Origin: Candidatus Moraniibacteriota bacterium
GTDB taxonomy: Bacteria; Patescibacteriota; Minisyncoccia; Moranbacterales; UBA1568
Assembly: GCA_903859375.1 (NCBI GenBank)
Contig: CAIOMK010000059.1
Location: 3,438-67,437 of the forward strand
Reading direction: 5' to 3'
DNA: 64,000 bases
Under the pieces are notes generated by a model, which searched no databases, was not told the origin of the DNA, and saw nothing but the letters and a program-made list of their open reading frames with translations. Position 1 is the first letter of the stretch; each line of letters starts with the position of its first letter. Of the stretch, positions 39,351-48,940 are shown piece by piece. Made by a program: the position numbers and the translations under genes.

Positions 39351-40505
39351 TTACTTTTTGTTCTTATTCTTACCCGGCCTCATCGAGTTAAACTTGTCTT
39401 TCAGTTTGCCTAACTGATGTATTGTCGCAGGCATTTTTTTCACCGATTCCTGTTTCGATACGGGCTTCAGCGCAGTACCCTTCTCGGGAAGTATCCGTAT
39501 CTTCGACTCGTCATCCGCTGTCAGACGGATTTTAGGCGGTACGGCGAAGCCTTCCTTCCTTGGGAACAGCAAAGGATACCAACGTCGCGCCTTCTGTTCG
39601 GTATCGTCCTGGAATCTCCTTATTTCCGCGGACAGATACCCGAACGTTTTCATATTATCCTCGTCCAACGCACTGATGGCTCTCGAGAGCATATCATAGT
39701 ATTTCATTCCCTCTTGGGAAAGATATTTTTCCAATTCCATCCTCTGACTTTCCACCCGGTCTGCATTTTCGCCTTCCGATTTCGTATTCCCGGCCTCTTC
39801 CCAGAGCCGTTCGATCACCTCCGAGCCGACGAGGTCTTCCTCTTTCGCCTCGCGGAACCCCCGCTTAAGAGACAGCCGGATTTTCAACTCCCGCATCGCA
39901 TCCCTCGCTTCAGATTCGGCGTCCAAACTCTTTTTTTCTTTTCCCTGATTCCGCAACGAGACGGAACGGTTGAAAGCCACTTCGATTTTCGCCATCATCC
40001 CGTCGAGTGATTCCTTTCGGGTCATCCCTCCGAATTCTTCTTTCCGAGACAGGAACAATCCGGTTTTCTTCATTTTCATGATATGCGAATCCAACGCTTC
40101 CTGTGCCTGCATGCGCCCCTTGCTCGCGTCATCATATTCGTTGACCGCGTCTTGCAACCGCAACAGGGCCTCGTGGTCTATCGTGTCCGCCTGAAGGTCG
40201 AACTCCCGTCTCATTTCCCGGAGAAATTCCTCTTCTTCGGTTCCTTCCAGTATGAAATTCGGTACTATGCCCTCATCCATACCGAGCTCCTTTCCGACAA
40301 GGCGCAGCGCGCCCAACTGCCTCACGGTGAAATCATCCACTGCGGTGACGAGTTCCCGATGCGTCTCAAGAAGGCCGTCCGGATCGACAGCTTCGAAATC
40401 ATCATTCACGGAACCGCTGTTCGGCTCCGACTGACTTCGCTCAGGTGATGGCGTGGCTGGGACCACCTGGTCCCGATCGTCGCCGCTGTTTGGGTATTCT
40501 TCCAT
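39351..40505 (-). CDS. hypothetical charged coiled-coil protein
   Basis: E/K/R-rich long ORF downstream of murE; start uncertain. Confidence 0.7.
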   Translation of the reverse strand: MEEYPNSGDDRDQVVPATPSPERSQSEPNSGSVNDDFEAVDPDGLLETHRELVTAVDDFTVRQLGALRLVGKELGMDEGIVPNFILEGTEEEEFLREMRREFDLQADTIDHEALLRLQDAVNEYDDASKGRMQAQEALDSHIMKMKKTGLFLSRKEEFGGMTRKESLDGMMAKIEVAFNRSVSLRNQGKEKKSLDAESEARDAMRELKIRLSLKRGFREAKEEDLVGSEVIERLWEEAGNTKSEGENADRVESQRMELEKYLSQEGMKYYDMLSRAISALDEDNMKTFGYLSAEIRRFQDDTEQKARRWYPLLFPRKEGFAVPPKIRLTADDESKIRILPEKGTALKPVSKQESVKKMPATIHQLGKLKDKFNSMRPGKNKNKK

Positions 40506-40597
40506 ATACGTCGTATCTTTGTTTTTATGATCCTTATCGTTCATGCGGTGTGCGCCGGGCATCCCGTCTTCTTCGTAAGGATAGCATGATTCCACTA

Positions 40598-41869
40598 TCA
40601 AAGCGCGGCGGATATCGAACCGAGCTCCTCGATGATGACGACGCGATCGTTCCACGCGATGCGTCGGTCGCCGACAGCCATCGTTTCTTCGGCTCCCTTT
40701 CCGGTGACGAGCAGTATGTCTCCCGAAGAAAGAAGTGCAAGCCCTTTGCGGATCGCCTCGCGGCGGTCGCGGATACGGAAAAGCGTCGTGTCTGTTTCCT
40801 TGTTCCGGATTCCCGATTCCACCTCATCGAGAATCTGTTCCGGGTCTTCGAAATATGGATCCTCATCGGTCAGGATGATGATATCCGCGCTCGAAGAGAC
40901 AATCTCACCCATGATCGGACGTTTGCCACGGTCACGATCGCCGCACGCCCCGAATACGGAAATGATTTTCGATCCGTCCTTCTTCATGGTCGAGACAAGA
41001 TCGTACAGTTTACCGAGTGAATCCGGCGTCACTGCGTAATCGACGATGATGGTCGCCCCGAGTCCGTTCGGAACGGATTCCATCCTGCCACGGATGAGCG
41101 ATACTTCCGATATCGCCCGGGCGGCCGTTTCTGCCGGCACACCGAGAAGCGATGCGGTGGCCGTCGCCGCAAGAGCATTCTCCACATTGAACGTGCCCGG
41201 CAATCGGAGAATGAAATCGGTTTCCGCAACGGAGAAGGTCGACCCTCCGAGTGTGAGCGTGATGTTTTCTGCGAGAAAATCAGCTTCGGTTTCGACGAGT
41301 GAATACGTCACTTTCCGTTTCGCTTTTTCCAGAAAAAACTCGGGCTCCCACATGTCGAGGTTCACGACGGCGGCATCCGACAAATCGAACAGGCGCCCCT
41401 TCGCCCGGCGATATTCTTCCATGGTCTTGTGATAATCGAGATGCTCGCGTGTCACGTTGGTGATCACTGCGACCGCAAAGCGCACTCCAGCGATACGCCC
41501 CTGATCAAGCGCGTGTGATGACACTTCGAGCACGACATGCGTACATCCGGCATCCGCAGCGGTACGAAGGAATGATTGGAGTTTGTATCCGCCGAGCGTC
41601 GTGAATTTCGATGCGTTTGTTTTTTCGTTTCCCGCGATGCGGAACGAAACGGTCGACGCGAGCGCGACAACGTGCCCGTTTTTCTCAAGGATCCGGGTGA
41701 GCAGATTCGCGGTTGTCGTCTTGCCGTTCGTCCCAGTGATGCCGACGATGGTCAATCCTCTCGCCGGAAACCGGAACCACACAGCGGCCGACAATGCCTC
41801 GACGACATGAGCCGCATTTTTTATCCGTTGCGGGATCACCGCTGAAAGGATGCGCTTTGGATTATCCAT
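40598..41869 (-). CDS. murE: UDP-N-acetylmuramoyl-dipeptide--amino acid ligase MurE
   Basis: GITGTNGKTT, EVSSHALDQGR, TREHLDYH, FGACGDRDRGKRP. Confidence 0.93.
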   Translation of the reverse strand: MDNPKRILSAVIPQRIKNAAHVVEALSAAVWFRFPARGLTIVGITGTNGKTTTANLLTRILEKNGHVVALASTVSFRIAGNEKTNASKFTTLGGYKLQSFLRTAADAGCTHVVLEVSSHALDQGRIAGVRFAVAVITNVTREHLDYHKTMEEYRRAKGRLFDLSDAAVVNLDMWEPEFFLEKAKRKVTYSLVETEADFLAENITLTLGGSTFSVAETDFILRLPGTFNVENALAATATASLLGVPAETAARAISEVSLIRGRMESVPNGLGATIIVDYAVTPDSLGKLYDLVSTMKKDGSKIISVFGACGDRDRGKRPIMGEIVSSSADIIILTDEDPYFEDPEQILDEVESGIRNKETDTTLFRIRDRREAIRKGLALLSSGDILLVTGKGAEETMAVGDRRIAWNDRVVIIEELGSISAAL

Positions 41870-41900
41870 AGATCCTCACTCAGAAAATTATGGGTCCGCC

Positions 41901-42908
41901 TTATCGTTTCCCGAAGGAAGACAACAGGGTCCGGATTCGTTGCAGGAAAAGGTAGGTCGCATATCGTGACGGCGATACGACGATATCGTATGCGCCAGGA
42001 AACACAGTCGATCGCGTATCCGGAGAAAATCCGAATTTGAATCTCGTTATACCGAGCCATTTTCCCTCGGATGCCTCGAACTCGGCCGTGCTCACCCCGC
42101 CGAAATCATACCAGGAACAACCCCGTCGTTTCGCTTCGCGGAGGCCTTCCCACTGGAGCAAAAACGGTGCCATATCGGCCCGGTGACGGTCATCGGATCC
42201 GCCGTGCAGATAGGTCGCCGTATCTCCGAAAAAGGTGAGCAGGTTCGCCGCGACCACCTCACCGTCCTTTTCAGCCGCAAGGATAGTCGCATCGGCACCG
42301 AGCAATGTCTCAAGCATGGCTTCGTAATACAGGACGGGATGTGGCGCGATGCCCTTACGTTCCGCGGTGCCGGTTACGAGACGGATAAACTCGTCCCGAT
42401 ATCTCTTCTCGGTCGAAGAGATGATTTTCACGCCGCGCTTTTCGGCGATACGGATATTATATCGCGTCTTCGACTTCATGCTGGCAAGAAGCTCCTCCTC
42501 CGACAAGGCGAGTGAGACCCGGAATGTCTCACGTGGCTGCATATCATGCGGCGCCTTCACAAGTTTCAAAGAAACGCTGTTCCGTATTTCGGCAAGGACC
42601 TCGTCCGTCTCCGGTTCTATCCGTATCCATCCCGCGTCTTCTTCCTTCGCCTTCGCGGACAGTGATTCCATCATCGACTTCACCAGGCCTCCCTCTTTGA
42701 CTCCCGTCTCCTGACTCCGGATTCTTCCGAGTGGTCCCTTCGGCACGTACAGATATTTCCCGACAAACGGAAGGGAGTGTACGACCCCGTTCGCACTCCA
42801 ATTGTCAGTGAAAAAACGGATGACCTGTTTCCCGGCCGCTTCCTGAAATTTCAACCACTTCTCCGATTGGAGCAACTCATTACCCCGATTGTTTTTTCTG
42901 GATTCCAT
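41901..42908 (-). CDS. FemABX/MurM family peptidoglycan bridge aminoacyltransferase
   Basis: LLQS..W, MKSKTRYNIR.AEKRGV, YLHGGS, YDFGG, GITRFKFGF. Confidence 0.88.
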   Translation of the reverse strand: MESRKNNRGNELLQSEKWLKFQEAAGKQVIRFFTDNWSANGVVHSLPFVGKYLYVPKGPLGRIRSQETGVKEGGLVKSMMESLSAKAKEEDAGWIRIEPETDEVLAEIRNSVSLKLVKAPHDMQPRETFRVSLALSEEELLASMKSKTRYNIRIAEKRGVKIISSTEKRYRDEFIRLVTGTAERKGIAPHPVLYYEAMLETLLGADATILAAEKDGEVVAANLLTFFGDTATYLHGGSDDRHRADMAPFLLQWEGLREAKRRGCSWYDFGGVSTAEFEASEGKWLGITRFKFGFSPDTRSTVFPGAYDIVVSPSRYATYLFLQRIRTLLSSFGKR

Positions 42909-43035
42909 GAAATTCGATATTACACTTCCTCGTCCCCGGTTCTGATTGTATGGACGACAGACCCTATCCATCCCGGGTATCGGTCGCATGTCATCAATTG
43001 TCGGTTGTATCGACGTTACGCTTTGTGGAGTCTTC

Positions 43036-43611
43036 CTACTTTTTCTTCCCAAGTAGCCTGAGCGCCGCACGGACTTTTTCACCAACGTCCTTCACGCCGT
43101 CCGGCACGGCCTTGAGCGCATCACGCGCCTCGGAAACCTTGTAGCCGAGCGAGAGCAAAGCCTCGATCGCATCCCCGTCAGCCGTAGTGGACCGGGCACC
43201 CATGTTCACCGGTGCAGCGACCTTGTTCTGCAGTTCGACGATGACCCGCTCCGCCGTCTTCTTGCCGACACCGGAAACCTGAGTCAGCAAAGAGGGGTCT
43301 TTATTGACGATTGCGGTCCGGATCGTATCCGTATCCGCGATGGAGAGGATGCCGAGCGCCGCTTTGGGCCCGATGCCGGACACAGAGATAAGCGACTCGA
43401 ATATGGAAAGTTCATCCTCGGAGAGAAAACCGTACAAAGCGAGAATATCCTCACGCACGTGCGTGTGGATATGAAACGATACTTCCTCCGCCCCGGCCAC
43501 TTTGCCGAGCACATAGGCCGACACACTCACCTTATATCCGATACCACCGACCTCTACGATGAAGGAGCCGTTCCTGATACCGAGGTTTTTTCCGGAAAGC
43601 CAGGCTATCAT
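43036..43611 (-). CDS. ruvA: Holliday junction branch migration protein RuvA
   Basis: GIGYKV, HVREDILALYGF, VSGIGPK, GVGKKTAERVIVEL. Confidence 0.96.
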   Translation of the reverse strand: MIAWLSGKNLGIRNGSFIVEVGGIGYKVSVSAYVLGKVAGAEEVSFHIHTHVREDILALYGFLSEDELSIFESLISVSGIGPKAALGILSIADTDTIRTAIVNKDPSLLTQVSGVGKKTAERVIVELQNKVAAPVNMGARSTTADGDAIEALLSLGYKVSEARDALKAVPDGVKDVGEKVRAALRLLGKKK

Positions 43612-43792
43612 ATTCATTCTCATAACAAGTGAAATCCCCTCTATGATAGCGGAATTCGCCCAAAAACGCCAAAACAGATCAACACCGCTCACCATGTCAT
43701 TCAAAGACGTCATGGCTTGCCAGAATCCCGAAGCCGTGATACAAAAGAGGAGACCTCTTTCGGGTCGTTTTTTCATCATCAAGACAACGGAT

Positions 43793-44062
43793 ATGCCTAT
43801 CAAAGAGAATGCCAAGAAGTACATGCGCGTGACCGAGCACAAGACGGCTCAGAACAAGATCGTCAAAGGTGTGTTCAAGAGCGCTATCAAGGCCACCCGT
43901 GAAGCGGTGACCAACGGCAAGATCGATTCCGCCACAGACCTCTTCAAAAGGGCTCAGAAGGCGATCGACAAAGCGGTCGCGAAGGGAACACTCAAGAAGA
44001 ACACCGCCGCCCGCAAGAAATCCCGCCTCAATGCCTTCATCAAGAAGGCCGCCGGGAAATAA
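43793..44062 (+). CDS. rpsT: 30S ribosomal protein S20
   Basis: MPIKENAKK...AIDKAVAKGTLKKNTAARKKSRL. Confidence 0.95.
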   Translation: MPIKENAKKYMRVTEHKTAQNKIVKGVFKSAIKATREAVTNGKIDSATDLFKRAQKAIDKAVAKGTLKKNTAARKKSRLNAFIKKAAGK

Positions 44063-44192
44063 TAACATCCAGATTTCCACGAACCCCGCCTCTTGGTGGG
44101 GTTTTTGTTATCTTGACAATGTAACTACAAAGTGTCACGATATACCCTGTCACGAAATCACAGGACGAATACCCGTCAAGCACCTTTAAAAT

Positions 44193-44504
44193 ATGGACAC
44201 ATTGAAAAACACCGTTTCTATCAAGAACCTCGACAAAGCTGTCGTCTTGGCAGCATTGTACAACGCCGCAAAACCTATCTATGAGTACATGAGAGTGAAA
44301 CCGGAAACGATGTCACCAGAGGAAGCACGGCTTTTCCTCAAGAACAAAACGGTCGTTTTTGGCGAATTTATCGGTCGTATTTTGAAAATCAAACTCGACA
44401 CCGATGTGATTCACACCGAAGGATACGATGCCGCCAACGGCGCTGGCAAGGCGAGACAGGCCATCGAACAGGCGCGTGAACAAATCTTGAATTTCGCGAC
44501 ATAA
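44193..44504 (+). CDS. hypothetical protein (103 aa)
   Basis: Clean ORF between terminators (IKNLDKAVVLAALYNAAKP...YDAANGAG). Confidence 0.75.
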   Translation: MDTLKNTVSIKNLDKAVVLAALYNAAKPIYEYMRVKPETMSPEEARLFLKNKTVVFGEFIGRILKIKLDTDVIHTEGYDAANGAGKARQAIEQAREQILNFAT

Positions 44505-44533
44505 CATCTTCAGCAAGACGAACGAGAAACGGT

Positions 44534-44567
44534 AAAAAAGACCGGGCATAATACCCGGTCTTTTTTC
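44534..44567. terminator. bidirectional intrinsic terminator
   Basis: AAAAAAGACCGGG-cataata-CCCGGTCTTTTTT. Confidence 0.8.
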
Positions 44568-44570
44568 TTT

Positions 44571-45524
44571 TTACCATTTTTCGACGAGAAGCGTCAGCGC
44601 GAGTTCCGGATCGATCTTGCCGACTTTCATATCGGCATCGAGATCGGCGAGGAGTGTGAGTCCGGATTTGAGTCGGGTGAGAGGAAAAGTGCTCATCTTC
44701 GCAAGCAACTTGCCGGCGACGAACGGGTTCATTCCGGTCACACGGGCGATATCGTCTTGGCGCATATTGCCGCGATCATACTCCCCCCGCACTTTGAACA
44801 TTTCCCGCATCTGCCACGCGAGAAGACCGAATAATTTCTGTACACCGCCACTATCGCCACGGGATTCCCGAAGCAAGAGCTCGATAGCCCTCCCTCTATT
44901 GCCGACCACGAGCGCATCAAGCGCGACGAATACTTTCTCTTGCGGGTTCTCATGGATGAACATATCGACATCCGAGAGGGACACCTCCCCCTCTCCCTTG
45001 AACAGCGCCAATTTCACAGCCTCGGAAGAAAGTCTGGCCGAGTCGGTGCCACATGCGACAAGAATTTTAGCAATAGCATTACGGGAAAAAGTTATCCCGG
45101 GAACAACGTCACGCGCTTCGGAAACGACGAAGGCTTCGGCTTCCCTGGGCGTCAGGAAATCGAATTGCTCAGCCCTCCCCGCATGTTTCTTCAGATAGGC
45201 AAAAACGGGATCTTTTGCTTTTGGAGGTTCTGATTCTGAAAATATCATGGAGGATTCCGATCCAAGCCTTTTGATTGCGTCCTTCACGCTTTTGGCGTCG
45301 GCATCTTCGAGAGAGAGCACCTCCCTGATATCAAGCAGGCATTCCGAAGAGAACAAGTCGGCTGAACCGGCCTCAATCATTCGCTGCGCCACAGTAAGAG
45401 GATCCCCTGCCACGTCGACAGTCACCACCGTCCCCGACGGATACTTTGCGAGAAAACCTTTTCTCAATTCCGTTCGACGACGCACGAGCAGGAACCGATC
45501 TTTCCCGAAGAGGAGAACAATCAT
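44571..45524 (-). CDS. holA: DNA polymerase III subunit delta
   Basis: LLFGKDRFL, DLFS, MNPFVAGK, DADMKVGKIDPELAL; the holA-rpsT neighbourhood is common. Confidence 0.82.
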   Translation of the reverse strand: MIVLLFGKDRFLLVRRRTELRKGFLAKYPSGTVVTVDVAGDPLTVAQRMIEAGSADLFSSECLLDIREVLSLEDADAKSVKDAIKRLGSESSMIFSESEPPKAKDPVFAYLKKHAGRAEQFDFLTPREAEAFVVSEARDVVPGITFSRNAIAKILVACGTDSARLSSEAVKLALFKGEGEVSLSDVDMFIHENPQEKVFVALDALVVGNRGRAIELLLRESRGDSGGVQKLFGLLAWQMREMFKVRGEYDRGNMRQDDIARVTGMNPFVAGKLLAKMSTFPLTRLKSGLTLLADLDADMKVGKIDPELALTLLVEKW

Positions 45525-45638
45525 ATGGACATATAAATCAGAAAAGAGAGTCGCCTGACTCTCTTCAGTATATCAGACTCGACTCGTCCGGAGATTCGGC
45601 TCAAATAAAGCCGTTTTTCTCATTAGAACTACGGGTTG

Positions 45639-46754
45639 TCAGCTTGCCGGCGTCCACCGCAACGTCTGTCCGGGATCGATGATATCGACCCACACCTGAC
45701 CGGGAACGAACTTGATTTCCTGACCGGAGTCATCGGTAAAGAGGAGCTTGCTGTCTATCTTGCTCTTGTCTTTCTTCCACGTTCCCTTGTACTGTTGACC
45801 GTTCATATAGAAATACGCCGCACCGGAATCCGCCTGGTCGAACCACGGGTCCCCTATCTGCACGTTCACATACTGCTCACCGACCTTGATAGGTGCGGCG
45901 TCCGCGATCATCACGACGACGTTTTTCGGTGCGATTTTCTGGCTGTTGTTGCGATCGGTATCGACGACGCCTCCCCACGTCCTGACATAAGAATTGCTTG
46001 CTTTGTCGTAATCATACTCGACATCAAACGGTTTCGCATACGCGACCCGCAGATTGCCTCCGCTCGGACGCTGATCCAAAGCCGCTTCAGACTGATGAGG
46101 ATATCCGAGAAACGTATTTTCCGTCCGGTATCCAAACGCTTTTGCTCCCTCAAGCAGGCTGGTGAATTTTGCATATCCGGTATCGACACCACGCATGTTT
46201 CCGGTCGCGTCCTTGCGGTAACAATATTGCCCGGCTGATTTTCCGGCATCATTATTGCAATTCATATCGTCTATGATGCCACTGTCGAGTACCGACTTGA
46301 ACTGTTCGATGTCGGCCCTTCCCCAATGGACATATATGGCATCGAAGCTTTTCGCGATATGGACGAAATCATGACGGGCGCTTCGAAGCGATCCGACTTC
46401 CTCCGGGATAGTACACCCATAGACACCCATAAGACGGGTGATACTGCCGTACACCGCCACCATCTCGACCACCATGTCAGCCTGGGACAGCCCGGCGAGA
46501 GGACGAGCCGACACGTCGGCCGGCTGCATGACCGCAAAGGAACGCTTGTTCCAATTCTCGCAGGGTAGACCGGAAATAGGACTCACGTTCCCATCGTTAA
46601 GAGGGGCGACCGGCGTCTGGAGCGTCGTATTGTCCATCCGAATACGACTGACGTTGTTTTTCCGAAGCATATCCCTCCCAAACGCAAAAAAGACGACGAC
46701 AAGTGCGACCGCGATCGCTATCGCCGCGACGGTAAACTTCATTCTTTTGTCCAT
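45639..46754 (-). CDS. DUF3048 domain protein (N-terminal membrane anchor)
   Basis: ARPLAGLSQADMVVE...ITRLM...GSLRSAR; PGQVWVDII. Confidence 0.85.
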   Translation of the reverse strand: MDKRMKFTVAAIAIAVALVVVFFAFGRDMLRKNNVSRIRMDNTTLQTPVAPLNDGNVSPISGLPCENWNKRSFAVMQPADVSARPLAGLSQADMVVEMVAVYGSITRLMGVYGCTIPEEVGSLRSARHDFVHIAKSFDAIYVHWGRADIEQFKSVLDSGIIDDMNCNNDAGKSAGQYCYRKDATGNMRGVDTGYAKFTSLLEGAKAFGYRTENTFLGYPHQSEAALDQRPSGGNLRVAYAKPFDVEYDYDKASNSYVRTWGGVVDTDRNNSQKIAPKNVVVMIADAAPIKVGEQYVNVQIGDPWFDQADSGAAYFYMNGQQYKGTWKKDKSKIDSKLLFTDDSGQEIKFVPGQVWVDIIDPGQTLRWTPAS

Positions 46755-46845
46755 ACGAGGTGATTACGATGATAATGAAATCAGTATACCATATGCCTGA
46801 AATAAAAAAGAAACGGGTCTGTAGGGACCCGTTTCAACGGTTTTG

Positions 46846-47190
46846 TCATCCTGCAAGCCGTATGTACTTCGCATGCGAACGTGCTGGGGAGAAGAAGAGG
46901 ACTTTCTTCCTGTGCGCAAAGGGAACCTTGTCAACGGACGCTATTTTTTTGAAAGAAACCGCGGATATATCGCGATCCTTCCAACGGCCGTTTTCAACCG
47001 ATGCAATAAATGTAATCCCGGCATGTTCATACTGATACTCGACTTTTCCGAACCCTCTGACGGTTTCACCGACCGTTCTTTGGTCCGGGATGACCGATTG
47101 GGAAAAATACTTCCGAAAAAAACGGTTGATGGCCAATGAGACCATCTCGCGTGAAAGCATTGAATCGGTTGGTGTTTCCATTGTATTCAT
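46846..47190 (-). CDS. hypothetical protein
   Basis: SD GGAGG upstream of MNTMET. Confidence 0.55.
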   Translation of the reverse strand: MNTMETPTDSMLSREMVSLAINRFFRKYFSQSVIPDQRTVGETVRGFGKVEYQYEHAGITFIASVENGRWKDRDISAVSFKKIASVDKVPFAHRKKVLFFSPARSHAKYIRLAG

Positions 47191-47299
47191 GGGGGGCCTC
47201 CCTTTGTTGTTAATGGATACTACGCTTCGAACATGGGGGGATAGTACATCGTCCATGGAAATAAATCAACTTCTTTCCGATAAGAAAACGGAGCCCTGT

Positions 47300-48808
47300 T
47301 CAGGACTCCGGTTTTATAAGGTTTCTCGATACCCGATCGAAGTGGAACCGGAAAATCCAGTGTTCCACGACCGCGGAGAACGCCGCGGGATTTCTCCTCG
47401 CCGTTTCGATAAAGCTTCTCCAATACCATGAACGCGCCTGGGAAAGTATGCCGATCCGTACGACGGAAAACACAAATGCCCGCATGCTTCCCCACGAGAA
47501 ATGATGTCTCAAAAGCGGATTCGGTCGATACTCGTCAAGAAAGGTGAGGAGTCTCCCATAATACATCTCCGGGGAATAGATCGTCGAAACGACATTTCTG
47601 TAACCGACAGCCAACTCTTCTCTGGTCATTCCCTTCGGCGTGAAGTTGACGGTCCCGTCGGTATTGTCACCGGTCGAGTTTCCGAGAAGTCTCCCTTCCG
47701 CAGACAACCGGTGATACAACCTCGTGCCTGGCAACGCCTGTAGAGGCCCGACCATCGCCGTCAGCACTCCGGTAGTCTGGATAAGATCGATCATTTTTCG
47801 CGGTGTCTCCACGGTATCCTGATCGAATCCGAGCACATACCCTCCTTGTACCTGTATCCCTCTTTGGAACAGGTGTTTCACCGACGCAGGCATATCGACC
47901 CCCGCATTCAGGTGTTTATTGGCACCTTTCAGACTCTCGATTTCCGGTGTCTCGATACCGATGAAGACGCGGAAGAATCCTGCCCGTGCCATCATCGAGA
48001 TAAGTTCATCGTCATCAGCCAGACTGATATCGACCTGGGTATAGAACTGAAAAGGATACCCGTACGTCTGTTGGAAAACGGCTATTTCCGAGAGTACGCC
48101 CTTCGCCTTTTTTTTGTGTCCGATGAAATTGTCATCCGCGAAGAAGACCGACCCACGCCAACCGGCATAATACATGACGGATAATTCCTCGATGACCCGC
48201 GTGGCCGTTTTCAACCGCATGATACGCCCGTTCAATCCCGTCACGTTGCAGAATTCGCAATCATGAGGACAGCCTTTGCCGAACTGCAGGGACACTGATG
48301 AATAGCTTCGCATCGTCCCCTGCAGGAGATCCCAGCGGGGAATCGGGCTTATCATGATATCGCAATACACCTTCGCTTCCGACGCATACACCGGTTTCGC
48401 ATGACCCTGTTTCAGATCCTCCAAAAAATATGGGAGTGACCGCTCGGCTTCCCCGAGGACAAGATGATCGACCAACCCGGAAAATCGATCCGGGTCCGAC
48501 GTAAACATCGCTCCGCCAGCTACCGTATCCCTTCGAAAGAGCCGGCATCGGGCAAGCATCTCAACCGTCGCCTTGCTTTGCGCAAGCATCGCGCTTATGA
48601 ATACCAGGTCGGCCCAAAGGATATCCTCGTCCGAAATCTCACCGATATTCTCATCCAGCAACCGCAGAGTCCACTCTTTCGGGAGCATGGCGGCGATAGT
48701 CAACAGTCCGAGTGGCGGAAAAGCCGCTTTCTTTCCAGTGAATGCAAGCGCGTGCCTAAAGCTCCAGAACGTGTCCGGGTATTTCGGGTATACCAATAAT
48801 ACCTTCAT
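47300..48808 (-). CDS. B12-binding radical SAM protein with C-terminal DUF4070-like domain
   Basis: PPLGLLTIAA, GCPHDCEFC (CxxxCxxC), FADDNFIG, ALPGTRLY; SD AGGAGG. Confidence 0.88.
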   Translation of the reverse strand: MKVLLVYPKYPDTFWSFRHALAFTGKKAAFPPLGLLTIAAMLPKEWTLRLLDENIGEISDEDILWADLVFISAMLAQSKATVEMLARCRLFRRDTVAGGAMFTSDPDRFSGLVDHLVLGEAERSLPYFLEDLKQGHAKPVYASEAKVYCDIMISPIPRWDLLQGTMRSYSSVSLQFGKGCPHDCEFCNVTGLNGRIMRLKTATRVIEELSVMYYAGWRGSVFFADDNFIGHKKKAKGVLSEIAVFQQTYGYPFQFYTQVDISLADDDELISMMARAGFFRVFIGIETPEIESLKGANKHLNAGVDMPASVKHLFQRGIQVQGGYVLGFDQDTVETPRKMIDLIQTTGVLTAMVGPLQALPGTRLYHRLSAEGRLLGNSTGDNTDGTVNFTPKGMTREELAVGYRNVVSTIYSPEMYYGRLLTFLDEYRPNPLLRHHFSWGSMRAFVFSVVRIGILSQARSWYWRSFIETARRNPAAFSAVVEHWIFRFHFDRVSRNLIKPES

Positions 48809-48940
48809 GTAAGCCTCCTTTTAAGTGTCGTTGTCTATAAGCTGTTAAGGTTCGAAACGCTTTTCTCCCTGCTTTTCCTTATCTTGTAAGGACATTTCAT
48901 AGTACTCGCATCACCATCCGTTCGCAAGCCGTGCGTTTTT

